From NCBI GenBank assembly GCA_963811165.1, contig CAWEQH010000010.1, positions 32,001-96,000 on the forward strand: DNA of 64,000 nt, written 5' to 3'. The DNA comes from an uncultured Nitrospiraceae bacterium (GTDB lineage: Bacteria > Nitrospirota > Thermodesulfovibrionia > Thermodesulfovibrionales > UBA6898). The stretch's first letter is position 1. Every line of letters starts with the position of its first letter. Made by a program: the position numbers and the translations under genes. Positions 42,966-53,794 of this stretch are shown here, piece after piece. The notes beneath the pieces were generated by a model that saw nothing but the letters and a program-made list of their open reading frames with translations, was not told the DNA's origin and made no database searches.

Positions 42966-45617
42966 ATGAAGCACGGAGAAGGCGGCCGGTCAAGGATTCT
43001 CCTTGGGAAATGGACCACCTTTGTCCAGCTGCACGCAAGGGCAGTGATAGCGGTCAGCATTCTCCTGACCGCTGGGATCCTCTACTATTCTCTTACTCAT
43101 TTCAGAATAAATACCGATGTCAGCGGCATGATATCGGAGAAGCTCCGCTTCCGTAAACTTGAGAATGACTTTACGCGGGCATTTCCGCAACTCTCCGATA
43201 CGATCGTCGTGGTGATCGACGCAGAAACGCCCGAACTCGCAACGGATGCACGGGTGCGCCTGGCCAAGGGACTGAGAGCGGAAAAGGCGCTATTTAAGAA
43301 CGTATATGAACCGGGCGGGGGCGTTTTTTTTGAGAAGAACGGACTTCTTTATCTGAGCGAAGAGGAGCTCCAGGACTTCGCCGACAAGATAACTGTAGCG
43401 CAGCCGCTTATCGGCTTTCTTTCGGAGGATTTAAGTCTGAGGGGATTATTTTCGGTGCTCGGACAGGCCCTGGAACAACCGGAAGATACCGTCTTGAAAG
43501 AGGGAAGGCTCTCTCTTGTTTTTGAAGAGATGAGACGGGCTTTCGACAGCACGGCAACACATGGATTCTACCGCTTGTCATGGGAGAGGCTTATGCTTGG
43601 GCAGAAGGATGCGTCTCGGCAGATGAGACAGTTTATTATAGCGCGGCCCTATCTCGATACCAATAGTTTGTCGGCCGGCGAGGCCGCCCTTGATAAGGTA
43701 CGAAAGATCGCTAAGGACCTCGGTCTTGACGGCGGCCGCGGCGTAAAGGTACGCATCACGGGCGACGTGGCGCTTGCCAGTGAGAATCTTGCGGAGGTGC
43801 GCAATAGCGTCGGCGTTGCAACCCTTGCATCCCTCATACTGGTCGGCTTTATCATTTATATCGGTCTGGGGGGGTACGGCCGAATGATGGTGGCGGCGCT
43901 TGCGACCCTTATTATCGGCCTGGTCTGGACCACCGGGTTTGCGATAGCCTTTATCGGCAGTCTTAATATGATATCGGTGACGTTTGCGGTGCTTTTCATC
44001 GGTCTCGGCATCGACTACAGTATCCAGTTTTGTCTGCGCCATAAAGAACTGCTCGAATCCGGGGTTTCGCACCGTGAAAGTCTTGCGATTACCTCTACAG
44101 GCGTGGGCAGGAGCCTCCTTCTTAGCTGTATTACGACGGCGATAGGCTTTTACGCCTTTCTCCCGACCCCGTATGCCGGAGTTGCGGAACTCGGCATGAT
44201 ATCCGGAACGGGTATGTTCATAAGTTTTATTGCGAACCTGACCATACTGCCCGCCTTGATCGAGTTATTGCCGGTCAAGTCGAAAAAGGCCTCCGGCGCC
44301 GATGCCGTCATGTCGATCGTGAAAGTTCCGTACCGGTATCCGCGCCTTATCGTTGCCGTCTCGCTCCTTCTTGGAATTGCCTCGGCCCTGCTTCTGCCGC
44401 GGTTTTATTTCGATTATAATCCCCTTAACCTCTATGACCCGAAATCGGAATCGGTAGCTGCCGTCAAGGAACTTTTCAAGGACCCTGAGACTACTCCGTG
44501 GACGATCTCCGTACTTGTCAGAGGGAAGGAGAATGCGGGGAGACTTGCAGAGAAACTGCGGGCGCTCAGGGAGGTTAAGACGGTTGTTACGCTCCTTGAT
44601 TTCGTGCCCGAAAAACAGTCTGAGAAACTCAGTATCCTTTCCGATATCCGGCTTTTTATGCCGCCGGGGCTTGGACACGCAACAATAAAGCAATTGAGTT
44701 ATCAACAGGACCTCCATGCATTGGGCGTTTTCGAAAACAGGGTAAAAGACGCGATGGCGACGCCTTCCGTAAAGGAGCGCGCTACGCTCCAAGAGCTTTA
44801 TAAGAGTATTCAAGAGTTTAAACTCCTTTTGAAGGACCCCGTAAGGGGCAAGGCCGCACTTGACGGGCTCGAAGAAGGCCTGTTGGGGAATCTCCCCTCT
44901 CTTTTCCGACGGCTCGATATGTCATTTCAGGCATCCCCTGTAGATTTGCGCTCTCTCCCCGGGGACCTCACAGCCCAGTACCTCTCTTCCGATGGGCGTT
45001 ACAGGGTGCAGGTATTTCCGAACGAAAACCTTATGGACAGGACTGCCCTTGCGCGTTTTGTAAAGTCCGTGCAGGCGATCGCTCCGGACGCAACAGATGC
45101 CCCGGTATCAATCTATGAGTCCGGGATGGCGATTATATCTTCTTTCAAGCAAGCAACCCTGTACGCGTTTATCGCGATCACTATTTTTCTTTTGATTGAA
45201 CTGAGGAAGGTCCTTATCACGGTATTGATATTGACACCGCTGGTGCTGGTAATGCTTACGACGGCGGCGGCCTCGGTGCTGCTTGGAATCCCGCTGAATT
45301 TCGCTAACGTCATAGTTGTGCCGCTGCTCCTTGGCATAGGCGTCCATAGCGGGATTATATTTGTCGTCCGCTACCAGTCCGAACGCCCTGAGGGGGGCAA
45401 CATGCTGACGACGAGTAACGCCAGGGCGGCGCTCTTCAGCAACCTTGCCACGATGGTCAGCACCGGGAGCCTCTCTTTCTCGCCTCACAGGGGAATTTCG
45501 AGCATAGGGATACTCCTTACCCTCTGTCTCGGTTTTCTGATAGTATCGACTCTCGTTCTTCTTCCTGCTTTGCTTAAGTTGGTTGAAAAGCGTCTTTCAC
45601 ACGAGGATTTCGTTTGA
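42966..45617 (+). CDS. hpnN: Hopanoid RND/MMPL transporter HpnN
   Basis: About 12 TM segments in two halves; LFIGLGIDY, LNFANVIVVPLLLGIGV, HRGISSIG. Confidence 0.9.
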   Translation: MKHGEGGRSRILLGKWTTFVQLHARAVIAVSILLTAGILYYSLTHFRINTDVSGMISEKLRFRKLENDFTRAFPQLSDTIVVVIDAETPELATDARVRLAKGLRAEKALFKNVYEPGGGVFFEKNGLLYLSEEELQDFADKITVAQPLIGFLSEDLSLRGLFSVLGQALEQPEDTVLKEGRLSLVFEEMRRAFDSTATHGFYRLSWERLMLGQKDASRQMRQFIIARPYLDTNSLSAGEAALDKVRKIAKDLGLDGGRGVKVRITGDVALASENLAEVRNSVGVATLASLILVGFIIYIGLGGYGRMMVAALATLIIGLVWTTGFAIAFIGSLNMISVTFAVLFIGLGIDYSIQFCLRHKELLESGVSHRESLAITSTGVGRSLLLSCITTAIGFYAFLPTPYAGVAELGMISGTGMFISFIANLTILPALIELLPVKSKKASGADAVMSIVKVPYRYPRLIVAVSLLLGIASALLLPRFYFDYNPLNLYDPKSESVAAVKELFKDPETTPWTISVLVRGKENAGRLAEKLRALREVKTVVTLLDFVPEKQSEKLSILSDIRLFMPPGLGHATIKQLSYQQDLHALGVFENRVKDAMATPSVKERATLQELYKSIQEFKLLLKDPVRGKAALDGLEEGLLGNLPSLFRRLDMSFQASPVDLRSLPGDLTAQYLSSDGRYRVQVFPNENLMDRTALARFVKSVQAIAPDATDAPVSIYESGMAIISSFKQATLYAFIAITIFLLIELRKVLITVLILTPLVLVMLTTAAASVLLGIPLNFANVIVVPLLLGIGVHSGIIFVVRYQSERPEGGNMLTTSNARAALFSNLATMVSTGSLSFSPHRGISSIGILLTLCLGFLIVSTLVLLPALLKLVEKRLSHEDFV

Positions 45618-45691
45618 AGATGGAGGCTCTTTTTTGGGTGGAGAGGGGTAAGGCTTCAGTTATGGGTCGGAGGCCACTGACTTTTCTGTCT

Positions 45692-45771
45692 GTCATTCCG
45701 GCAGTGCGTTGAGCCGGAATCCAGTGACGTGGCCTTAAAGTCGCTGGATGCCGGATCAAGTCCGGCATGAC
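45692..45771. repeat. REP-like double-hairpin intergenic element
   Basis: GTCATTCCGGC-N10-GCCGGAATCCAG...CTGGATGCCGGAtcaagTCCGGCATGAC. Confidence 0.7.
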
Positions 45772-45975
45772 GGCATACATAACATAATCTTAGTCGTAAA
45801 TGAAGCGGTACCGGTGTCTTCAACTGTTGTGTCTTTATAACTGAATGGATAGTGTGAGGGGTCGTTTTGATTTTGAAAATGAGATATGATCTGTTACAAT
45901 GTAAAGTGTTTGTACGGCCGCGTGTAAGCGGATTCCCGGATGGCCTTTATTATGTTTGTTCCGGGAAGGAGGAAA

Positions 45976-47400
45976 ATGCGTACTTTATTACTTAATCCAC
46001 CGTCCTTCGGAGGCTTCGACGGCGGGGCCGGAGCCCGCTATCAGGCGAGGCGTGAAATACGGTCTTTCTGGTACCCGACATGGCTGGCATATCCTGCAGG
46101 GATGATACCGGAGAGCCGTCTTCTTGACGCCCCCCCGGCCGAAATGGACATAAAAGACGTGCTTCGGGAGGCAAAAGGGTATGACCTTGTCGTCATCAGC
46201 ACCAGCACACCCACCGTCTCTCACGATGCAAAGGTCGCTGAACTGCTGAAGGAGCACTATCCTGGAATAAAGATAGGACTCGTTGGCGCCCATACGATGG
46301 TGATGCCCGGCGAGACTCTCGAATGCTCCAATGCCATAGATTTCGTCACTACAGGAGAATTCGATTACGCGATAAAGGAGATAGCCGACGGTTCGCCTTT
46401 AGATAAGGTGAAAGGCATTGCATACCGATCACACGGAGGCATCAGGAGGACTGAGGACAGACCTCCGCTTGAGGACCTCGATTCCCTGCCTTTTGTCACG
46501 GAGGTGTACAAGAGGGACCTCGATATCAGCAAGTACTATAACGGATATCTTAAGCATCCCTATATTTCGTTTTATGCCGGCAGGGGTTGCCGGGCCCGGT
46601 GCACTTTTTGTCTATGGCCGCAGACCATATCCGGTCACGCCTATAGGGTGAGAAGTGTCGGTAGCGTGTATGAGGAAATGGTGACGGCAAAGGGACTCTT
46701 TCCCGAGGTAAAAGAGTATTTCTTCGATGACGACACCTTTACCGACAACGCGCCCAGGGCGATAGAGATTGCGCGGAGAATCAGGGGCCTGGGCGTGACG
46801 TGGTCATGCAATTCAAGGGCGAACACGTCTAGAGAAACGCTCAGGGAGCTGAAGGAATGCGGCTTGCGTCTGCTTACCGTCGGGTTCGAATCGGGGAACC
46901 AGCGGATCCTGAATAATATCAAAAAGGGCATACGCCTTGAACAGGCCCGGGAATTCGTAAAAACTACCAAGGAACTCGGGATCCTCGTCCACGGGGCCTT
47001 TATCATAGGCCTTCCGGGAGAGACGGCCGAGACCATCGAAGAGACAATGCGATATGCCCTTGAACTCGACCTTTACAGCATCCAGGTGTCTCTCGTCGCC
47101 CCTTACCCGGGCACGGAGATATACGCCCAGGGTGTGAAGGAAGGGTGGATCGTGCGCGAGGGAGACAGCCTGACGAAAGACGGAATCCAGAATGCCGCGA
47201 TCGCCTATAACGGTCTTACAAGGGAAGAGATCTTTGAGACGGTGGAGCGTTTCTACAGAAGGTTTTACCTGAGGCCGAAGCCCATCATGCGGATCATGAG
47301 GGAGATGCTTCAGGACAGACACGAATTTGCTCGGAGGATAAGAGAGGGAAAGGAATTTTTCTCTTTTATGTCTAAGAGGAAGGAAGTCGTCGGGTCCTGA
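45976..47400 (+). CDS. hpnJ: Hopanoid-associated radical SAM protein HpnJ
   Basis: FDGGAGARYQARRE..SFWYPTWLA, CxxxCxxC (GCRARCTFCLWPQT), FFDDDTF. Confidence 0.93.
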   Translation: MRTLLLNPPSFGGFDGGAGARYQARREIRSFWYPTWLAYPAGMIPESRLLDAPPAEMDIKDVLREAKGYDLVVISTSTPTVSHDAKVAELLKEHYPGIKIGLVGAHTMVMPGETLECSNAIDFVTTGEFDYAIKEIADGSPLDKVKGIAYRSHGGIRRTEDRPPLEDLDSLPFVTEVYKRDLDISKYYNGYLKHPYISFYAGRGCRARCTFCLWPQTISGHAYRVRSVGSVYEEMVTAKGLFPEVKEYFFDDDTFTDNAPRAIEIARRIRGLGVTWSCNSRANTSRETLRELKECGLRLLTVGFESGNQRILNNIKKGIRLEQAREFVKTTKELGILVHGAFIIGLPGETAETIEETMRYALELDLYSIQVSLVAPYPGTEIYAQGVKEGWIVREGDSLTKDGIQNAAIAYNGLTREEIFETVERFYRRFYLRPKPIMRIMREMLQDRHEFARRIREGKEFFSFMSKRKEVVGS

Positions 47401-48284
47401 TGACCGCCCCTTTTCAAAGCAGGAGATTTCTTGTGATCGTTGCGGATGATTTCGGACGGTCTGTGGCGGTAAATAAGGCGGTCGCCGAGGCGTATGACAA
47501 AGGTATCCTGACTTCGGCAAGTCTTATGGCAGGAGGGGCTTCCTTTGACGACGCGGTGGGCATTTCAAGGGAAAGGAAGAACCTGTCTGTCGGTCTTCAT
47601 GTGACGCTCTGCGACGGAAGGGCGGTGTCGCCGCCTTCCCTGATACCCGACCTTGTCGACGATGACGGCAACTTTGAGAAGGACCCGGTGAAGGCCTGGC
47701 TCAAATATTATAAGAATGCCCTGCGGTCACAAATCGAAACAGAGGTGGAGGCGCAGTTTGAGCGGCTCGAAAAGGCCGGAATTTTCCCTTCCCATGTCGA
47801 CGGGCATCATCACCTCCAGATGCATCCTGTTCTCTTTAAGGTAATATGTCGACAGGCCTCAGGAAGGCGGGCCGGGTGGATAAGGGTCCCGAAGGAGCCG
47901 CTGAAGGTCGTCGTCAGCATGCGCTCGCCCCTTCGGGGTGCCATGCCTTTCCTTGAATGGGCGGTATTCGGTCCTCTTGGGACATATAATGCCAGAGAGG
48001 CCGGACGGTATGGAGTGAGGGTCCCGGATAATGTATACGGACTTTCGCGTACCGGAAGCGTTGATGAAGAATACCTCCTGGGCGTCCTTGCTATGGCGAG
48101 GGGTCCCGTTGACGAGATTTTTACCCATCCGGATATTTCTACCGGATCCGGACGGACCGAACTCAGGGCGCTTACCTCTGTTGCCGTGAGAGATCGGCTG
48201 ACTGCCCGTGGGACGACTTTGGCCGGCTACCGAGAGCTTTCCGCTGCGATGTCGCAGCTTCATTTCGCGGGGGAGGGGATATGA
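47400..48284 (+). CDS. hpnK: HpnK (YdjC/ChbG-like deacetylase)
   Basis: ADDFG, LTSASLM, VGLH, HVDGHHH, EIFTHP. Confidence 0.88.
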   Translation: MTAPFQSRRFLVIVADDFGRSVAVNKAVAEAYDKGILTSASLMAGGASFDDAVGISRERKNLSVGLHVTLCDGRAVSPPSLIPDLVDDDGNFEKDPVKAWLKYYKNALRSQIETEVEAQFERLEKAGIFPSHVDGHHHLQMHPVLFKVICRQASGRRAGWIRVPKEPLKVVVSMRSPLRGAMPFLEWAVFGPLGTYNAREAGRYGVRVPDNVYGLSRTGSVDEEYLLGVLAMARGPVDEIFTHPDISTGSGRTELRALTSVAVRDRLTARGTTLAGYRELSAAMSQLHFAGEGI

Positions 48285-48724
48285 AGACCTTCGTGATAGC
48301 CTTTCTGGCGGCCCTGAGCGCGGCGATCGGAGAAACGCTGCTGAGCTATGCGATGAAGAGGGGGGGACAGGTGGACGTGGGCGAGTTTAGCCACTGGGTG
48401 AACCTTGCAATGTCCGTCGTGCGGAATTCATATATTTTTTTCGGCGTTATTTTTCTCTCGGTCTATTTTTTTCTCTATCTCATCGCGCTTTCCTGGGCAG
48501 ACCTCAGTTTTGTCCTTCCCCTGACTGCAGTGTCCTATATTTTTGCAGCGTTCCTTGCGCGAGTATTTCTGAAGGAAGACGTCACCTGGTTGCGATGGGT
48601 CGGCACCATTGTTATAATTATCGGGATCACGCTCATTGCTTTTGACGGCAAGCAAAGAACAGGGTCGCCTGCGCCTGAGGCGCGGAGAGATAGTGGAGGA
48701 TTTCCGGAGGGTGTTAAAAGATGA
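48281..48724 (+). CDS. Small DMT/EamA-family membrane transporter
   Basis: Four TM segments; ADLSFVLPLTAVSY, LKEDV...RWVG. Confidence 0.8.
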   Translation: MKTFVIAFLAALSAAIGETLLSYAMKRGGQVDVGEFSHWVNLAMSVVRNSYIFFGVIFLSVYFFLYLIALSWADLSFVLPLTAVSYIFAAFLARVFLKEDVTWLRWVGTIVIIIGITLIAFDGKQRTGSPAPEARRDSGGFPEGVKR

Positions 48725-48806
48725 ATGAAAGGGTGACGATAACTGCGGGTGGTTCCGGATCTCTACCTGCTTCCTTATGTTCGACCATCGTCGCTTCGGG
48801 GGAGAT

Positions 48807-50816
48807 ATGGATCTGATTAACGGGGAGATGAGCAGAATACTCGGAAGATATTTCGGGTTTGTATCGACGGTCTTGCCTGAGGAGCGCAAGGATACGTCTT
48901 TGTCTTTGAGGGGGTTCGAGGTCCTTGGCGAAGAGATAGCGAGGGCGATGGAGATGACCAGCCGCAATTACCTTGAGGAGCAACACCAGGACGGCTACTG
49001 GTGGTATGAGCTTGAGTCCAACGTGACGATCACTTCCGAATACCTGATGCTTCTTCATTTTCTAGGACTGCACGATGACGATAGGGATGAAAGAATCGCC
49101 TGCCACATCTTCAACAACCAGAGGCCTGACGGTACATGGGCAATTCATTGGGGCGGAGAGGGAGACCTCAGCACGACTGTTGAGGCATATTTTGCGCTCA
49201 AGCTTGTCGGTTATTCCGCAGATGACCCCCGCTTACGGAAGGCGAGACAGTTCATCCTTGAAAGCGGCGGAGTTGAGGGCTGCAGGGTTTTCACCAGGAT
49301 ATTTCTGGCCCTGTTCGGTGAATTCGACTGGCAAGCCATCCCTTCTATCCCGCTTGAATTCAACCTTATGCCCAGCTGGTTTCCAATGAGCATCTACCGC
49401 ATGTCGAGCTGGGCGAGGTCTACCTTCGTTCCCATGTCGGTCGTCCTTGATATGAGGCCGGTGAGACCGATACCGGAAAGTGCGAGAATACGCGAGTTAT
49501 ATAAGAACCCCGATGAGACACCGTCTCTTTCCCCAAGGAAGCTTTCGCCTTTTTCGTGGAAGAGATTTTTTTTGATCCTCGACAGGGTGATAAAGTCCGT
49601 AGAAGGCACGCCCTTCAGGGTGTTTAGAAAGAGGGCGATGAGGTTTACGGAGCAGTGGGTCCGTGAGCATCAGGAACACACCGGAGACTGGGGAGGGATC
49701 CAACCTGCGATGGTGAATTCACTTCTTGCACTGTCATCCTTGGGTCATGGAGTATCCCACGAATCTATCAGAAAGGGGCTTGAAGCGCTTGAACGGTTTA
49801 CTTTGGAGAAAGAGGGGGAACTAGTACTTCAGTCATGCATTTCCCCCATATGGGACACTGCGCTGACTTCGCTGGCACTGCTGCATGCAGGGGTAGAGAG
49901 AGACCACCCCAGCCTTACCGGGGCATGCAGGTGGCTTGCGTCTAAACAGATATTCAAAAAGGGCGATTGGAGCGTAAGAAGGCCAGACCTTGAACCCGGG
50001 GGATGGGCATTTGAATTCGAAAACAGCTGGTATCCTGACGTTGATGATAGCGCGGTCGTGCTGATGCTGCTTTACCGGTATGCCGATGACGGTTTGATAG
50101 ACCGTACAAACCTTGAGAAGGGACTTGCATGGATACTGGGGATGCAAGGCAGAGACGGCGGGTGGGGCGCCTTCGACGTCGACAATAATATGAGGATATT
50201 AAATCAGTTGCCTCTGGGAGATCTCGAGGCGATGATCGACCCAAGTACGCCTGATCTGACCGGAAGAGTGCTCGAGCTCCTCGGTCATGCGGGGTATACG
50301 ATGGATAATCGTGCCGTGAAAAAGGCGATAAAGTTTCTCAAGAAGACCCAGGAAGACGACGGTTCATGGTGGGGTAGGTGGGGAGTAAATCATATCTATG
50401 GGACATGCACAGTCCTCTGCGGGCTTGGGTCGATAGGAGAAGACCTGAGGTCCCCTTACGTCAGAAAGGCCGTTCAATGGATCAAGGGCCACCAGAACCA
50501 GGACGGCGGTTGGGGAGAATGCTGCGAGTCCTATGCGGACACTTCGTTGAAATGCCGCGGCGCGAGCACTCCTTCACAGACGGCGTGGGCGATGCTGGCT
50601 CTCATGGCGGCAGGAGAAGGGGCGGCCGACGAGGTGATACGTGGGGTCAGGTATCTTCTTAAGAGACAGAAAGACGACGGTACGTGGGACGAGGAGTGGT
50701 TTACGGGTACGGGCTTCCCAAAATATTTTATGCTTAGATATCATAATTACAGGAATTGTTTCCCCCTTATGGCCCTTGGGAAGTTCTATGCGATGAATTG
50801 TAATGGAGGCCCCTGA
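48807..50816 (+). CDS. shc: Squalene-hopene cyclase
   Basis: SPIWDT, GGWAFEFEN.WYPDVDD (DxDD), QW repeats (QEDDGSWWGRWG, QNQDGGWGE), FTGTGFP. Confidence 0.97.
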   Translation: MDLINGEMSRILGRYFGFVSTVLPEERKDTSLSLRGFEVLGEEIARAMEMTSRNYLEEQHQDGYWWYELESNVTITSEYLMLLHFLGLHDDDRDERIACHIFNNQRPDGTWAIHWGGEGDLSTTVEAYFALKLVGYSADDPRLRKARQFILESGGVEGCRVFTRIFLALFGEFDWQAIPSIPLEFNLMPSWFPMSIYRMSSWARSTFVPMSVVLDMRPVRPIPESARIRELYKNPDETPSLSPRKLSPFSWKRFFLILDRVIKSVEGTPFRVFRKRAMRFTEQWVREHQEHTGDWGGIQPAMVNSLLALSSLGHGVSHESIRKGLEALERFTLEKEGELVLQSCISPIWDTALTSLALLHAGVERDHPSLTGACRWLASKQIFKKGDWSVRRPDLEPGGWAFEFENSWYPDVDDSAVVLMLLYRYADDGLIDRTNLEKGLAWILGMQGRDGGWGAFDVDNNMRILNQLPLGDLEAMIDPSTPDLTGRVLELLGHAGYTMDNRAVKKAIKFLKKTQEDDGSWWGRWGVNHIYGTCTVLCGLGSIGEDLRSPYVRKAVQWIKGHQNQDGGWGECCESYADTSLKCRGASTPSQTAWAMLALMAAGEGAADEVIRGVRYLLKRQKDDGTWDEEWFTGTGFPKYFMLRYHNYRNCFPLMALGKFYAMNCNGGP

Positions 50817-50818
50817 GG

Positions 50819-51817
50819 GTGAGGGCCCTGGTCACCGGCGCGACAGGTTTTATCGGGTTCCATGTCGCGGGTGCATTGCTCCGAAAAGGGCTTCAGGTCA
50901 GGGCGGTAGTGAGGAGGGGAAGCGATTCCGAAGCACTGGCATCTCTTGGGGCCGAAGTAGTTGCCGGAGACGTCAGAGATTACGATTCCCTCTTCAGTGC
51001 GCTAAGGGACTGTGACGTGCTTTATCATCTTGCGGCTGATTACCGCCTATGGGTCCCCGACCCGGCTACCATGTATGAGATAAATGTGCGCGGAACGAGG
51101 AATGTCATGGAGGCCGCATTTAGGCGCGGGACCGAAAAGGTGGTCTACACGAGCACGGTCGGAGTTTTGAAGGCCGGGGTAGATCGTACCCCTTCGAACG
51201 AGGATACCCCCGTAAGTTATAGCGACATGGCGGGGGATTACAAGAAATCGAAGTTTATGGCCGAGCGGGAAGTGTGCGGGTTTGTTGAGAAAGGGCTGCC
51301 GGTCGTGATCGTGAACCCTTCCACTCCCGTGGGCGAGATGGATGTAAAACCGACTCCGACAGGCAAGATGATAGTGGATTTTCTTAAGGGGCATATGCCT
51401 GCATATCTCGATACCGGACTGAATTTCGTCGACGTGGAGGACGTGGCCCTGGGCCACCTGCTCGCCGCGGAATTCGGGAGGGCAGGACAGCGATACATTC
51501 TTGGCGGAAGGAATATGACACTCAGAGAATTCTTTGAGTGTCTCGGCAGGGTATCAGGGAGGAGACCCCCGAGAGTCAGACTTCCCTATCTGCCGGTCCT
51601 GATTGCCGCATATTGCGATGAGGCGATCTCAAAGCTGGTATCCGGAAGAAGGCCTGTTATCCCTCTGAGCGGAGTGAAGATGGCAAAATATTTCATGTAT
51701 TTCGACTCTTCAAAGGCGGTGAGGGAATTGGGCATGCCGCAGAGCCCGGTCGAAGGCGCCCTCAGCAGGGCGGTGGCATGGTTTATAGAAAACGGTTACG
51801 TGAAGAAGGCGGCCTAG
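50819..51817 (+). CDS. hpnA: Hopanoid-associated NAD-dependent epimerase/dehydratase HpnA
   Basis: VTGATGFIG, HLAADYRLW, YKKSK, NPSTPVG.DVKPTPTG. Confidence 0.92.
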   Translation: MRALVTGATGFIGFHVAGALLRKGLQVRAVVRRGSDSEALASLGAEVVAGDVRDYDSLFSALRDCDVLYHLAADYRLWVPDPATMYEINVRGTRNVMEAAFRRGTEKVVYTSTVGVLKAGVDRTPSNEDTPVSYSDMAGDYKKSKFMAEREVCGFVEKGLPVVIVNPSTPVGEMDVKPTPTGKMIVDFLKGHMPAYLDTGLNFVDVEDVALGHLLAAEFGRAGQRYILGGRNMTLREFFECLGRVSGRRPPRVRLPYLPVLIAAYCDEAISKLVSGRRPVIPLSGVKMAKYFMYFDSSKAVRELGMPQSPVEGALSRAVAWFIENGYVKKAA

Positions 51818-51845
51818 CAGAAATTCCTAAGGAGGATTTACGGAC

Positions 51846-52850
51846 ATGCGATTTCCTGCAGCACTCTACTCATCCCTCACAATTTTTTTTATAAAGAACT
51901 TTCTTGAGGGTATAAAGCGTTTCCCCCTGGTCCTTATGCTTGAGCCCACGCACCGGTGCAATCTGGCGTGCGCCGGGTGTGACAGGATAAGGCTCCATAA
52001 CGAACAACAGTCCGAAGACCTGTCTTTGGAGGAATGCATAGAGTCTGTAAAGGAATCGAGGGCCCCGGTGGTCACCATCACGGGCGGCGAGCCGCTTCTC
52101 TATCCTCACCTGGGCCCTCTTGTCAAGGAACTGCTTGAAATGAAGAGACATATTTACCTCTGCACAAATGGTCTGCTGACCGAGTCTTTCATAGACGAAT
52201 TCACTCCGCAGCCGAGACTTACGCTCAATTTCCATCTCGACGGCCTTGAGGAGACCCATGACGGGATAACGAAAAGGCCCGGTACGTTCAGGAAGGCACT
52301 CGAAAATATTCAGAAAGCCAAAAAGAAGGGCTTTAGGGTGAGTACCAATACCTCCGTCTATAAGAACTCCCGGAAGAAAGAACTTAACGAGTTGTTTGAG
52401 ATGCTTACCTCCTTGGGCGTTGACGGCACTCTCATATCACCGGCGTTCAGTTATGAAAGTGTCGGGGACGACATATTTTTGAACCGGGAGGAAGCGGTTG
52501 CCAGGTTCAGGGATATGGCGGACTTTTTTTCGAGGTTCCCGTTCATGAACTCTCCCGTGTATGTGGATTTTCTTAAAGGAGAGAAGGATATGCGTTGCAC
52601 GCCGTGGGGAAACCCGACTCGAAACCCCCTGGGCTGGAAATCTCCATGCTATCTGATCACCGACGCGTATTACGGGTCCTTCGGTGAGATGATGGAAAAG
52701 ACGCAATGGGAGAAGTACGGTACAGGGGCCGATCCGAGGTGCAGAAACTGCATGGTCCATAGCGGCTATGAGGCCACATCCATGAGGTGCGCCTTCTCGA
52801 GTCCCAGGGACCTTATCAGGCTGCTGATCTGGAACCTGAAAAAGGGTTGA
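51846..52850 (+). CDS. hpnH: Adenosyl-hopene transferase HpnH (radical SAM)
   Basis: FPLVLMLEP..RCNLACAGC, CTPWGNPT, GW..PCY, C.NCMVHSGYE. Confidence 0.95.
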   Translation: MRFPAALYSSLTIFFIKNFLEGIKRFPLVLMLEPTHRCNLACAGCDRIRLHNEQQSEDLSLEECIESVKESRAPVVTITGGEPLLYPHLGPLVKELLEMKRHIYLCTNGLLTESFIDEFTPQPRLTLNFHLDGLEETHDGITKRPGTFRKALENIQKAKKKGFRVSTNTSVYKNSRKKELNELFEMLTSLGVDGTLISPAFSYESVGDDIFLNREEAVARFRDMADFFSRFPFMNSPVYVDFLKGEKDMRCTPWGNPTRNPLGWKSPCYLITDAYYGSFGEMMEKTQWEKYGTGADPRCRNCMVHSGYEATSMRCAFSSPRDLIRLLIWNLKKG

Positions 52851-53794
52851 TGGAGTCTCTGCCCGCGCTTTTCTTAAATACTGTTTTCCTGAGGCCTTAC
52901 GTTTTTATCTTTCTGCTTATTTATCTGTTGGGGTGTTCGTTGCATCTTGGACTGAAGAGGGCGGTCCTTTTCTGCATCGCAGGGTATGCGATAACCTGGA
53001 TGTCTGAGTATTCTTCCATCCATAACGGCTTTCCTTACGGATACTACCGATATATCGAGGCCACGAAGGCTGATGAACTTTGGGTATACGGGGTACCCTT
53101 CATGGATTCCCTGAGTTACGTGTTTCTTGCGTACGCGAGTTTCTCGATGGCGATCATGATACTCTCCCCCGTTATGAGAATCAAAGGCCTGATTTACGTT
53201 CTTGAAACGAAAAAAATCCGCAATGCGCTTCCCGCAACAGTTCTTGGTGCTCTTTTCATGACATATCTCGATATCATCATAGACCCGGTTGCGTTACGGG
53301 GAGACAAGTGGTTCCTCGGCAAGATACATGAATATCCCGGCGGCGGGGTCTATTTCGGCGTGCCCATCTCGAACTTCGCTGGCTGGTTTGTGGTCGGCTT
53401 TGCATTGATCTTCACTATTCAGAGGATAGACAGGTATTTGAGTGACGCAACCGATGTCACGGGCCACGCCTTCCAGTGGAGGTACCTCATAGGCCCCGCG
53501 CTGTATTTCTCAGTCCTCGCCTTTAATTTGAGCATTACTTTTTTTATCGGCGAGTACACTATGGGATGGGTGGGGATTTTTATTGTCGTATGTCCGACTG
53601 TGCTCCTTCTGTATTTCACGAAGATGAAGCTTTCCAGTCAGGATAACGAAGACCTCTTGGACCACTTGAAGGATTTTCCAAAGGCTGGGATACCTAAGGA
53701 AATGAATATTTTTTGTCGGCAGTTGGGTTGCAGATCGGGATTTTCTGCGCTATGGTTAAAGAAGGAAAACCCGACGACAATGGAGGATAAATGA
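52850..53794 (+). CDS. CruF/DUF422-like (carotenoid biosynthesis family) membrane protein
   Basis: E.SSI..GFPYG.Y.Y, GVP, D..IDPVA, GVPISNFAGW; multi-TM; ATG overlaps the hpnH stop. Confidence 0.8.
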   Translation: MESLPALFLNTVFLRPYVFIFLLIYLLGCSLHLGLKRAVLFCIAGYAITWMSEYSSIHNGFPYGYYRYIEATKADELWVYGVPFMDSLSYVFLAYASFSMAIMILSPVMRIKGLIYVLETKKIRNALPATVLGALFMTYLDIIIDPVALRGDKWFLGKIHEYPGGGVYFGVPISNFAGWFVVGFALIFTIQRIDRYLSDATDVTGHAFQWRYLIGPALYFSVLAFNLSITFFIGEYTMGWVGIFIVVCPTVLLLYFTKMKLSSQDNEDLLDHLKDFPKAGIPKEMNIFCRQLGCRSGFSALWLKKENPTTMEDK

